This document shows positions 31,287 through 40,697 of a stretch of 64,000 nt of DNA, piece after piece (within the stretch, counting starts at the first letter, position 1; each line of letters opens with the position of its first letter). The DNA is from Gammaproteobacteria bacterium (GTDB lineage Bacteria; Pseudomonadota; Gammaproteobacteria; JABABF01): positions 1,248,001 through 1,312,000 of the forward strand of contig OZ250153.1 of assembly GCA_965237805.1 (NCBI GenBank), in the 5' to 3' direction. The position numbers were made by a program, and so were the translations under genes. The notes below the pieces were generated by a model that saw nothing but the letters and a program-made list of their open reading frames with translations, did not search any database and was not told the DNA's origin.

Positions 31287-32082
31287 CGGTACGATGATGC
31301 GACGACCCCGGCTCGGGCAGCATTTCCTGCACGATAGGCGCATCATAGGACGCATCATCTCGGCGCTGGCACCCGGCCCCGGGCAACGCGTGGTGGAGAT
31401 CGGTCCCGGCGGTGGCGCGCTGACGGCACCATTGCTAGACAGTGGTTGCGAGTTGCACGCGGTGGAATTGGATCGCTCGCTGGCGGCGGAGTTGACGGCG
31501 CGCTTTGGTTCCCATCCCCGTTTCAGCTTGTACTGTGGGGATGTCTTGGACTTTGACTTCCGAGTGCTGGCCGGAGCCGGTGCGGGGTCTTTACGCATCA
31601 TCGGTAATCTGCCTTACCAGATATCGACGCCGTTATTATTCGCGCTGTTCAGCTGCGCCGATGTGATTGAGGATATGCACCTGATGCTACAGCGCGAAGT
31701 GGCTGATCGCTTGTGTGCCGAGCCAGGTGGGCGCGACTACGGTCGCCTCAGCGTGGCAACGCATTTCCAGTGTCAGGTCGAGCGGCTGTTCCCGGTGGCA
31801 CCGGGGGCATTTAAACCACCACCGGCGGTGCGCTCTGCCGTGCTGCGCCTGCGTCCCCGCGCTGCGGAACAACGCGCTTGGGGCGGTGGCATGTTGCCCT
31901 GCGTATTGCGAGCGGCTTTTGGCCAGCGACGCAAGACCTTGGGCCGATCGCTGGCGACATTGTTGCCGGCTGAGCGCCTGCGCGATTTGGGCATCGATCC
32001 TGCGGAGCGGCCAGAACGGTTGGCTCCTGCGCAGTTCGCGGCTATCGCTGCGGCGATGAGTGATGATGCGCGCACACGATGA
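31276..32082 (+). CDS. rsmA: 16S rRNA m6,2A dimethyltransferase
   Basis: GQHFL, EIGPGGG, GNLPYQIS and FGQRRKT. Confidence 0.95.
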   Translation: MRASGTMMRRPRLGQHFLHDRRIIGRIISALAPGPGQRVVEIGPGGGALTAPLLDSGCELHAVELDRSLAAELTARFGSHPRFSLYCGDVLDFDFRVLAGAGAGSLRIIGNLPYQISTPLLFALFSCADVIEDMHLMLQREVADRLCAEPGGRDYGRLSVATHFQCQVERLFPVAPGAFKPPPAVRSAVLRLRPRAAEQRAWGGGMLPCVLRAAFGQRRKTLGRSLATLLPAERLRDLGIDPAERPERLAPAQFAAIAAAMSDDARTR

Positions 32083-32455
32083 GCATGCGCCCGAGGTGGT
32101 GGTTGAGGTCGAGCCACGCTATCTGGTGGAGCACTCGGAGCCAAGTAGCGATCGCCATGCTTTTGCGTACACGGTCACCATCCACAATCGCAGTGCGGAG
32201 GCAGTGCAGTTGCTACGTCGTCACTGGATCATCACCGACAGTGATGGCAATGTCGAAGAAGTGGAGGGCGAGGGCGTGGTCGGGTTGCAGCCAGTGATCG
32301 AGTCTGGGCAATCGTTCCGCTATACGAGCGGCACGGTAGTCGGCACGACTGTTGGCTCGATGGAGGGTAGTTACCAGCTGCGCAGTGAGGGGCGCGGGAT
32401 ATTCCCAGTGCCGATCCCAAGCTTTACGTTGGCGGTTCCAGGCAGCTTGCATTGA
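32060..32455 (+). CDS. apaG: ApaG protein
   Basis: FAYTVTIHN, RHWIITD, GEGVVGLQP and GSMEGSY. Confidence 0.95.
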   Translation: MMMRAHDEHAPEVVVEVEPRYLVEHSEPSSDRHAFAYTVTIHNRSAEAVQLLRRHWIITDSDGNVEEVEGEGVVGLQPVIESGQSFRYTSGTVVGTTVGSMEGSYQLRSEGRGIFPVPIPSFTLAVPGSLH

Positions 32456-32661
32456 ACTGCGCGCCCACTACACTATTGTGCTGATAGTCGGTGTCGAGCG
32501 GGATCGTGTTAAACTGGCCACAGTGGCATTTTGGGCGGCTTGCTGGCATGTTGCCGTGTGCTTTAGGCAGCAAAATTGGACGATTGCTGTGGTCGATGTC
32601 AGCACAGGCTGGGATTGGATGGTGGGGAGACAGGGCACGGTGAGGGAGTGTAGCATCTATC

Positions 32662-34515
32662 ATGCTAAACGATACTGAACCCAGCGTGGTGAAGATCACA
32701 ACTATTGCCGAGTTTATCACTTGGATTGAGCAACGGTTACCGTTGCAGAATGATCAAGGCTCCTATATCTATCACGGCTTCAGAGATGCGCGGTGGCTGC
32801 CGCAGTCGGCGATCTATCGAGAGATCGCTGCCGATAACGAGGATCCCGCAATCTATACCACTTACAGAACCAAGGTGGAGTTGCTGTTGCGGGGAGCTAA
32901 GGAGAGACGATTTAATTATTCTGGGCCGCAACAATCGCTGTCCGATTTGGAGCTGATGGCAGATCTGCAACATAATCATGCCCGCACTATGCTCATTGAT
33001 TTCAGCTGCAGCCCATTGGTGGCATTGTGGTTTGCTTGTTGTGCGTCGGATCACTCCGGACGATGGGAGCCAGTAGACGGGAGCATCGTGGCACTTAATA
33101 CCGGGCAGCTGCTTTTCAAAGACATTACTCCTGCGGCCTCCGAATTGACCATGACCTTGGACCAATGCATGGAGGTGGCAGCAAAAAGAGAGGCGGCTGG
33201 ATGGAATGCGACTCAGGGGTCGTCCCCTAAGTGGTATATATGGCGGAGCCAATATTTGACCGAAAGGACAAAAGCGCAAGATTCATTCTTTATATTTGGT
33301 TGGCCAGAACACCCTGTCGACTTGCTCTCGGCAGGTGATACTGTATTGATCGATTGCCATGCCAAGCACAATATCTTAGACCAGTTAGATCGGTACTTTG
33401 GTGTCAAAGCGGCCGAACTGTTTCCAGATCGCCATGGCTACGCACGATGGTACAAGGTGCCCACACCCACCGCCCCATTATTTTTGCGACAAGGTCTCAA
33501 GCTATTGCAGCAAGGTGAATACGCACAATCCATTTTGGATTATAACAAGGCAATTGACCTAGATCCAGATAATCCGGTCGCCTATAACCATCGCGGCTTT
33601 GCCAAAGGCCGTTTAGAGCAATATGAGGATGCACTCACCGATTACGACCGAGCGCTTGCGTTGGATCCCAACTATGCTGCAACCTACAACAACCGTGGCT
33701 TCGCAAATCGGAGTCTGGAGCGGTATGCAGAGGCTATTTTGGACTATGACCAAGCCATCGCTCTCGATCCAAGCGTTGCTATGGCTTATAACGATCGTGG
33801 CTTTACCAAAGGTATTTCGGGGCAATATGAGGCGGCGATATCAGATTATGACAAATCGATTGAGCTGGATCGCGGAAATGCCGTGGCATATAACAATCGT
33901 GGATTTGCAAAACGTCATTTGGATCAATATGAAGAAGCGATATTGGATTATGACAAGTCGCTTCTGCTTGATCAAAATTATGCTGTGGCGTATAACAACC
34001 GTGGTTTTTCCAAAGGGAGTTTAGGGCGCTATGAGGATGCCATCTTGGATTATAACAAGGCAATCGAGTTGGATCAAAATTATGATTTGGCGTATAACAA
34101 TCGTGGTTTTGCCAAAAGTTGTTTGAAACGTTATGCAGAAGCCATATTGGATTATGATCGTGCGATAGCACTTGATTTCGACGATGCGGTGGCTTATAGC
34201 AATCGCGGTATTGCCAAGCAACATATGCAGGAGTATGAGGCGGCCATATTGGATTACGACAAGGCGATTGAATATGATTCGGACGATGCGGTAGCGTATA
34301 ACAATCGCGGCCTTGCTAAGGCTAGTTTAGAGTGCTATGAAGAAGCGATATTGGATTATGAACAGGCGATACGATACGATCCTAAAAATGCTGCGGCATA
34401 CCACAATCGTAGCCGCGCCTACAGTCAATTGAGCAACACCGAAAAAGCACAGGCGGACTTTGATATGGCCACCAGTCTGGAAAAGGAGCAAACTGCGGCT
34501 CCACCCCCTGCTTGA
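32662..34515 (+). CDS. FRG-domain protein with 10 C-terminal TPR repeats
   Basis: FRG-like YHG...W...S.IYR, LQH...T.LIDFS.SPLVALWFAC and R..AQDSFF; ten 34-aa AYNNRG...YEEAILDYDKAIELD repeats; AT-richer than flanks. Confidence 0.88.
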   Translation: MLNDTEPSVVKITTIAEFITWIEQRLPLQNDQGSYIYHGFRDARWLPQSAIYREIAADNEDPAIYTTYRTKVELLLRGAKERRFNYSGPQQSLSDLELMADLQHNHARTMLIDFSCSPLVALWFACCASDHSGRWEPVDGSIVALNTGQLLFKDITPAASELTMTLDQCMEVAAKREAAGWNATQGSSPKWYIWRSQYLTERTKAQDSFFIFGWPEHPVDLLSAGDTVLIDCHAKHNILDQLDRYFGVKAAELFPDRHGYARWYKVPTPTAPLFLRQGLKLLQQGEYAQSILDYNKAIDLDPDNPVAYNHRGFAKGRLEQYEDALTDYDRALALDPNYAATYNNRGFANRSLERYAEAILDYDQAIALDPSVAMAYNDRGFTKGISGQYEAAISDYDKSIELDRGNAVAYNNRGFAKRHLDQYEEAILDYDKSLLLDQNYAVAYNNRGFSKGSLGRYEDAILDYNKAIELDQNYDLAYNNRGFAKSCLKRYAEAILDYDRAIALDFDDAVAYSNRGIAKQHMQEYEAAILDYDKAIEYDSDDAVAYNNRGLAKASLECYEEAILDYEQAIRYDPKNAAAYHNRSRAYSQLSNTEKAQADFDMATSLEKEQTAAPPPA

Positions 34516-34681
34516 ATGACGGGGCATCTTATCGCTAGCGCCGATGCGCCACACTGAGGCGTCACCAGCTGCAACCATGGTTAGCGATTTGTTGGTTTTT
34601 AATTTGTCTATAGCGCGGCATTTTTGACTGTGCCATGGTGCAAATAACGATCCATGAACCTCTAACTCGTCACGGCATCCA

Positions 34682-35512
34682 ATGGCAAGCTACATCATCG
34701 GTGATATTCATGGTTGCGATGCAGAGCTCGCTTGGCTACTGGATATGGCTGACTTCAATCCCGACAGCGATCGGCTCTTTTGTACGGGCGATCTCGTCAA
34801 TCGCGGGCCTGATTCGTTGGCGGTGCTGCGTCGCCTGTATCGTTGGTCCGAGTCGGTCACCGTCGTGTTGGGCAATCACGACTTCCACTTGCTCGCCTGT
34901 GCCCAAGCGAACCAGCAGCCACGCGCTGGCGATACACTGCAAGCCATCCTTGAGGCTCCCGATCGTGACGAGTTGCTCGATTGGTTGGCCTCGCAACCGC
35001 TATTGCACCGTGCGGGTGCCGCTGAGCTGCCCCCGTGGACGCTGGTACACGCTGGTATCCCACCACAGTGGAGTCTCGCTGCGGCTGGCCGCTATGCCCA
35101 AGAAGTCGAAGCGGCCCTGCGCGGTTCCGGGCGGGGCGCGCTACTGGAGGCTATCTATGGCGACGAGCCCACACGATGGAGCGAGCAGCTGCGCGGCGCG
35201 CCGCGCCTGCGGATGATCGTCAATTACCTCACTCGCATGCGCTTTTGTGGTCCCGACGGCGAGCTGTTGACGGCCGTATCCGGCGGTTCGCTGCGGCCGC
35301 CCCGCCCCGACCATCGCCCTTGGTTTACTTTTGAGCCGCAACGCTGGGCTGGCGAGCAGCTGATGTTCGGCCATTGGGCGGCTTTGCGCGGGCATTGCGC
35401 GGCTGTCGGTGTACATGCGTTGGACACCGGTTGCGCGTGGGGTTACCGCCTGCGTTGTCTGCATCTGGAGAGTGGCCGCTACATCGAATGCCCGTTTGGC
35501 GGGGCTCGCTGA
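34682..35512 (+). CDS. apaH: Symmetrical bis(5'-nucleosyl)-tetraphosphatase
   Basis: IGDIHGC, GDLVNRGPDS, LGNHD, FGHWAAL and LDTGC. Confidence 0.96.
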   Translation: MASYIIGDIHGCDAELAWLLDMADFNPDSDRLFCTGDLVNRGPDSLAVLRRLYRWSESVTVVLGNHDFHLLACAQANQQPRAGDTLQAILEAPDRDELLDWLASQPLLHRAGAAELPPWTLVHAGIPPQWSLAAAGRYAQEVEAALRGSGRGALLEAIYGDEPTRWSEQLRGAPRLRMIVNYLTRMRFCGPDGELLTAVSGGSLRPPRPDHRPWFTFEPQRWAGEQLMFGHWAALRGHCAAVGVHALDTGCAWGYRLRCLHLESGRYIECPFGGAR

Positions 35513-35616
35513 GCGATGCGCCTGTGTTGCAAGGCATGGCCTTTTAGTGTGCTCACGTTCGCCCTTGATCTGGGCAGTGATCGGTTGGCTAGAATAGCAA
35601 GACTGCCAGCGAGTGT

Positions 35617-36497
35617 ATGCCCGCACCCAGCCATGCGTCGGGAGCGGCTGTCGGTGGCGCATCACATGATCGGGAGGTGCTGACGCTCCCGCCGGTGGTG
35701 GCACAGGACGCAGAACATCTTCCCCATACGGTGCTCGGAGCTATCGCCGATTTCAGCACAGCGATCGAACTAGATAGCCATAATTTTGGGGTTCTAGCGG
35801 CCAGACATCGCCTAAAAAGTCGCGCAGCGTGTGCCAGTGCTATTTGGGCAATGGATACGGCGATAGAGCGCGACTCTATGCACTTCAAGCTCGATGCAAG
35901 GCGTGGCATGGAAAAAGTTGATTGCGGGGGTCTCGACGAGGCTATTTTGGATGATGACAAGGCGATCGAGTTGCGTGTTGATGGTGCGCCCGGCACGGCG
36001 TACTACCATCGCGGTTTTGCGCGAGCTGTGCTCGGGAAACATCGAGCGGCCATTGAGGATGATAGCTCGGTGATTGCGATGTATCCCGAGGGGCATCCTG
36101 ATGCGCATTACAATCGGGGACGATCAAAAATGGTACTGGGGCGCTACCGAGAGGCGATTGCAGATTACAGCCAAGAATTGGCAATATTTGCTGGGGCACC
36201 CGTCTATTACGCCCGTGCTTTTGCCAAAGCAGCGCTCCAGCAGTATGAGTCTGCCATTGCCGATTATGATCAGGCGCTCCAAGTTCACTATGCCAGCTGC
36301 CATGCCCATCACGGGCGCGGCGGGGCTCATATCAAATGAGGCAGCGGTGGATGCTGATGATCGGGCGCTTGTGCTCAATTCCCACGCAGCTGCCGCCTAT
36401 CACAATCGGGGCCGTTGCCAAACTTCGCCTCGGCCCAATGGAAGCGGCGCGGAATGATTTTCATGAGGCGACAAGCGCCGCGCTATTAGCGGACTAG
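35617..36497 (+). pseudogene. Degenerate, twice-frameshifted TPR-repeat gene
   Basis: TPR motifs (AYYHRG, HYNRGR, AIADY) run to the stop at 36339. The pattern continues in a second frame (EAAVDADDRALVLN...AYHNRG) and a third (AKLRLG...AARNDFHEA...TAG 36497). Confidence 0.72.
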
Positions 36498-36741
36498 AAC
36501 ATCCCCCAAACGGTGGTGACACCATATCGGCATCGGTTCTTGGTCAGTGCCGAGGACAAGTGCCCGTGCTGTCGCGTACCAGCTCCTTCGAGCTGTCGTC
36601 ATGCAAGGTGTCCGTTCCTGTCCCTCCGCGTGTGGCACTGGCATGCCGCTGAGTCCGCTGCCATTCCATCCGCACATTTGTCTTTATACTGCTCACTGTG
36701 GGCGCGGCGGTGCGTTGGGCGAAGTGGGAGCGGTGGTCGGC

Positions 36742-37977
36742 GTGGAGGTCTATTTGGTTGGCGGCGCAGTGCGCGATCGCCTATTGGGCTTGGAGGTGCA
36801 CGAGCGTGACTGGGTAGTGGTCGGTGCCACTCCGGAACGTTTGCTGGCCGATGGCTACCGTGAGGTCGGGCGGGATTTCCCGGTTTTCCTGCATCCGAAG
36901 ACGGGTGAGGAATACGCATTGGCGCGCACGGAACGCAAGCGCGGTCACGGTTATCGCGGCTTTGATTGCAATGCCGATGGCGTGACACTGCTACAGGATC
37001 TCAAACGGCGCGATCTCAGCATCAACGCCATAGCCGAGGCACCCGACGGCTCGCTGATCGATCCCTGTGGCGGGCAGCGTGATCTTGAGGCACGGCTGTT
37101 GCGCCATACTTCGCCCGCTTTCGTCGAGGATCCGTTGCGGGTGTTGCGTGTGGCGCGCTTTGCCGCTCGCTTCGCACCGTTGGGTTTCAGCGTCGCTCCC
37201 CAGACGCTCGATCTGATGCGCCAGATCACCTCCGACGGCGAGCTGAAGTACCTGACAGCCGAGCGTGTCTGGCGCGAGCTGGAGCGTGCGCTGGCAGCTC
37301 CAGCCCCGGCCGAATTTCTGCGTGTTTTGCGTGCCTGCGATGCTTTGGCAGTGGTGCTCCCGGAGGTGGATCGGCTGTTCGGCGTGCCGCAGCCGGAAAA
37401 ACACCATCCGGAGATCGATACCGGTGTGCACACCTTGATGGCGCTTGAGCAGGCGGTGCGTCTCGGTGCCTCCCAGACGGCGCGATGCGCCGTGTTACTA
37501 CACGATCTGGGGAAGGGCACAACGCCGCCACAATACTGGCCGAGCCATCGTGGTCACGAGCAGCGCAGTGCTGCGCTCGCCGAGTCGCTGTGCCGCCGTC
37601 TGCGCACGCCGAATCGCTATCGCAAGCTGGGGAAGTTGGTGGCGCGTTACCACACCCATTGCCATCGTGCGTTGCAGCTGCGTCCGGAGACCGTGCTCGA
37701 GTTGTTGGAGGCGCTGTCCGCTCTGCGCCCGGAACTTGGGCCGATGGAGGACTTCCTAGTTGCCTGTGAGGCCGATGCCCGTGGGCGCACCGGCTTTGAA
37801 GATCGCCCCTATCCACAGACTGACTATCTGCGCGCCTGCCGCAAGGCGGTTCGTCGCCCATCGTCCAAGGATGCGATTGCTAGCGGTGTCGCCAAAGGGC
37901 CAGCGCTAGGTGCCAAGCTGCGCGAACTGCGTTGCGCCGCCATCGCGCAAGTGCCCAAGCCGCCGCTTGTCGCATGA
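36742..37977 (+). CDS. cca: Multifunctional CCA-adding enzyme (with HD domain)
   Basis: VYLVGGAVRD, DWVVVG, RRDLSINA, EDPLRVLR, HPEIDTG and LLHDLGKG. Confidence 0.96.
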   Translation: MEVYLVGGAVRDRLLGLEVHERDWVVVGATPERLLADGYREVGRDFPVFLHPKTGEEYALARTERKRGHGYRGFDCNADGVTLLQDLKRRDLSINAIAEAPDGSLIDPCGGQRDLEARLLRHTSPAFVEDPLRVLRVARFAARFAPLGFSVAPQTLDLMRQITSDGELKYLTAERVWRELERALAAPAPAEFLRVLRACDALAVVLPEVDRLFGVPQPEKHHPEIDTGVHTLMALEQAVRLGASQTARCAVLLHDLGKGTTPPQYWPSHRGHEQRSAALAESLCRRLRTPNRYRKLGKLVARYHTHCHRALQLRPETVLELLEALSALRPELGPMEDFLVACEADARGRTGFEDRPYPQTDYLRACRKAVRRPSSKDAIASGVAKGPALGAKLRELRCAAIAQVPKPPLVA

Positions 37978-38756
37978 AAGGTTGGGCGCTGGTCACCGGT
38001 GCCGCTCGCCGTATCGGCGCGGCGATTGGCCGCGAGCTGCACAGCGGTGGTTGGGACTTGTTGCTGCACTACCGCCACTCGCGGGACGCAGCACAGATGC
38101 TGGCCGAGGAGCTCGAGGCGGTGCGGGCTGGTTCGGTGCAGCTACTGCAGGCCGATTTGAGCGATGTGTCGTCGGTGCAACGATTGACAGCTAGCGTCGA
38201 TGCGCTGTGCGGCGACGCCGGACTTGCGGTGCTGGTCAACAATGCTTCCTCCTTTTATGCCACGCGCTTGGGGGCCATTGAAGTGAGCGATTGGGAGGAA
38301 TTGATGGGCAGCAATTTGCGCGGTCCACTGTTTATGAGCCAAGGGTTGGCCCCGGCCTTGCGCCGCGCACACGGGAGCCTTGTCAACATCATTGATGTGC
38401 ATGCCAATGGCACTTTGCGCTACCACTCGCTCTACAGTGCCGCCAAGGCTGGCTTGGCCACCCTGACCCGCAGTTTCGCTCTGGAGCTGGCACCAGAGGT
38501 GCGTGTCAACGGTGTCGCTCCAGGGGTGATTGTGTGGCCAGAGCCTGTGCCCGGGCACGAGGCCGATCACGAGGCGCTGTTGCGCGAGCGGCGCGAGGCG
38601 GTGGCTGAGATCCCTCTGCGGCGCGCGGGGGAGATGCAGGACATCGCCCGCACGGTGCGTTTCTTGGTTGCCGAGGCAAGTTATATGACCGGCCAGATCC
38701 TGCCCGTGGACGGCGGTTGGCGCTTGGTGCCGCCGCGCCTCAGCCCGCCAGTCTGA
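37974..38756 (+). CDS. Pteridine reductase / dihydromonapterin reductase-like SDR
   Basis: TGAARRIG, NNASSF and YSAAK; located between cca and folB. Confidence 0.88.
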   Translation: MKGWALVTGAARRIGAAIGRELHSGGWDLLLHYRHSRDAAQMLAEELEAVRAGSVQLLQADLSDVSSVQRLTASVDALCGDAGLAVLVNNASSFYATRLGAIEVSDWEELMGSNLRGPLFMSQGLAPALRRAHGSLVNIIDVHANGTLRYHSLYSAAKAGLATLTRSFALELAPEVRVNGVAPGVIVWPEPVPGHEADHEALLRERREAVAEIPLRRAGEMQDIARTVRFLVAEASYMTGQILPVDGGWRLVPPRLSPPV

Positions 38757-38783
38757 GCGCGCCGGGCTCAGTGCAACTGGCGA

Positions 38784-39158
38784 TCAATCCGTATCGCTGT
38801 GTCTGCTCGCCGAGCGCTCGATTTCGATGCCTGCTTCCGCGGCAGTGGGCAGGACCCCGGGTTTGGCGGCGCGGATGCGCACACGCTGAATCGGGAGTTC
38901 GCGCAGTAGCAAGGCAGCCATATTTTCAGCCAAGCTTTCCAGTAAACGGTAGTTGCTGGCAGCGGCGAATTCACGTGCCCGTGTCGCCACCGTGCAGTAG
39001 TTGACGGTGCTGTTGATGTGGTCTTCGCTTGCTGCTGTGCGGGCGGCGATCTGGCACTCAATATCCAGCACGATTTGGCGCGGCATGGTGCGCTCGATCT
39101 CATTGATGCCGATGATCGTTTCGACCTTGAGTCGGCGCAGGTAGACCAAATCACTCAT
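38784..39158 (-). CDS. folB: Dihydroneopterin aldolase
   Basis: ETIIGINEIER, TVNY, LLESLAE and KPG. Confidence 0.93.
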   Translation of the reverse strand: MSDLVYLRRLKVETIIGINEIERTMPRQIVLDIECQIAARTAASEDHINSTVNYCTVATRAREFAAASNYRLLESLAENMAALLLRELPIQRVRIRAAKPGVLPTAAEAGIEIERSASRHSDTD

Positions 39159-39171
39159 TGCGGTGGTCCCG

Positions 39172-40215
39172 TCAGCCCATGGCCAGCTGAGCGGTTGCTA
39201 CCGGCGGTCGCTGTGTCGTCAGTGACCAGCGCGGGTACACCTGCAGGACTCGATCACCGGCTTGTCCGGCGGCTAGGCGCAGGCAGCCAGCGTGGGCGAT
39301 CATGGCACCGTTGTCGGTGCACAGCGCCGGGGGCGGGCAATAGATTGCAATGTGATCGCTGTCCAGCAGCTCGGCCAATCGCTCTCGTAGACGTTGGTTG
39401 GCACCGACGCCACCGGCCACGACCAGCGTATTGAGGCCGCTTTGCGAGAGCGCACGGCGGCATTTTTCGGCTAGCGTGTCGGCCATCGCTTCTTGGAATG
39501 AGGCGGCGATGTCAGCCACCAGTTGCCGGGGTGGTGGCCCGCCACCCCAGCGCTGCGCACCCAGCGTGTCGCGCACGCGGGTTTTGAGGCCACTGAAACT
39601 GAAGTCGCAACCGGGGCGGGTGGTCATCGGTCGTGGCAGCTTAAAGCGCTGCGCATCACCGTGCTCGGCGGCGGCCGCCACCGCTGGCCCACCAGGATAA
39701 CCCAAGCCCAGCATTTTGGCGACCTTGTCGAAGGCCTCGCCAGCGGCGTCGTCACGGGTATCGCCCAAGATCTGATAGCGGCCGATACCGTCGGCCCGAA
39801 CCAGCAAACTATGACCACCGGAGACGAGTAGGGCGATGAAGGGGAAGTCCGGTGCCCGTGGCATCATCATCGGTGCCAACAGATGTCCTTCCATGTGGTG
39901 CACGCCCAGTGCTGGCAGCTGCCGGGCCAGCGCCAGACCGCGAGCCAAGCTGGCACCGACCAGCAGGGCACCGACCAGCCCCGGCCCCGCTGTGTAGGCG
40001 ATGCCCTCCAGCTTGCCAGCTTGATCTAGTGCCGTACGCACTAGTGGCCCCAAGCGGCGGATGTGGTCTCGAGCGGCTAGCTCCGGCACCACACCGCCGT
40101 AGACCGCGTGCAGTTCAGCTTGGCTGTAGAGCGTCTCGTACAGCAAGCCCTGCCGACTGTCGTAGACGGCGACACCAGTCTCATCACAGGAAGTTTCAAT
40201 GCCGAGGACACGCAT
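39172..40215 (-). CDS. tsaD: tRNA t6A threonylcarbamoyltransferase
   Basis: [29 protein letters not shown] and TDNGAMIA. Confidence 0.97.
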   Translation of the reverse strand: MRVLGIETSCDETGVAVYDSRQGLLYETLYSQAELHAVYGGVVPELAARDHIRRLGPLVRTALDQAGKLEGIAYTAGPGLVGALLVGASLARGLALARQLPALGVHHMEGHLLAPMMMPRAPDFPFIALLVSGGHSLLVRADGIGRYQILGDTRDDAAGEAFDKVAKMLGLGYPGGPAVAAAAEHGDAQRFKLPRPMTTRPGCDFSFSGLKTRVRDTLGAQRWGGGPPPRQLVADIAASFQEAMADTLAEKCRRALSQSGLNTLVVAGGVGANQRLRERLAELLDSDHIAIYCPPPALCTDNGAMIAHAGCLRLAAGQAGDRVLQVYPRWSLTTQRPPVATAQLAMG

Positions 40216-40365
40216 TGGAGTGTCGACCATGCCACATAGATTGATGCTGTCTATTTTATAGGGTGCAGCAATTTGTCGGGATGGGGGCGGTGCTGGCTTG
40301 ACTTGCCGGTCTGCGATCGCGTTGATCGATGCCCGCCGTTGCTGCCGATTCAGCCGATTTAGCCG

Positions 40366-40374
40366 TGCTATACT
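40366..40374 (+). promoter_or_regulatory. Extended -10 promoter element immediately upstream of rpsU
   Basis: TG-C-TATACT ends 6 nt before ATG 40381. Confidence 0.6.
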
Positions 40375-40380
40375 GAGCGG

Positions 40381-40596
40381 ATGCCTAATGTAAAAGTCGG
40401 CGAGCACGAGGCCATCGACACGGCGTTGCGGCGCTTCAAGCGCAGCTGTGAGCGCGCCAGTGTGCTGTCGGAGATTCGTCGCCGCGAGTACTACGAGAAG
40501 CCGACCACGACGCGCCGCCGCACGGCGGCGATCGCCGCACGCCGCCAACACAAGCGTTTGCTACGCGAGCAACGGCGCTTCAAGCGACTGTACTAA
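40381..40596 (+). CDS. rpsU: 30S ribosomal protein bS21
   Basis: [10 protein letters not shown] and [10 protein letters not shown]; 71 aa. Confidence 0.97.
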   Translation: MPNVKVGEHEAIDTALRRFKRSCERASVLSEIRRREYYEKPTTTRRRTAAIAARRQHKRLLREQRRFKRLY

Positions 40597-40697
40597 AGCA
40601 CTTTACTCAGTGCGTTCCCGCTGTCGCGCTGTCGACAGTATTTGGGCTAGGGCTATAATCCAATTCTTGTCGATCCCCTCTGGTGCGGTGCGCCGCC

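Noticed and set aside
32477-32606. 8-bp inverted repeat (tgtgctga/tcagcaca) upstream of FRG-TPR as a MITE
   Set aside because: Short, with no target duplication or second copy seen; compatible with chance.
34516-34681. Duplicated apaG 3' end marking an att site for the FRG-TPR insertion
   Set aside because: Only weak patchy similarity; no convincing direct repeat like those at fadB or tRNA-Arg.
36337-36339. Possible TGA recoding (selenocysteine or readthrough) in the TPR gene
   Set aside because: TPR similarity resumes in a different frame and more in-frame TGAs follow, so frameshift decay fits better.
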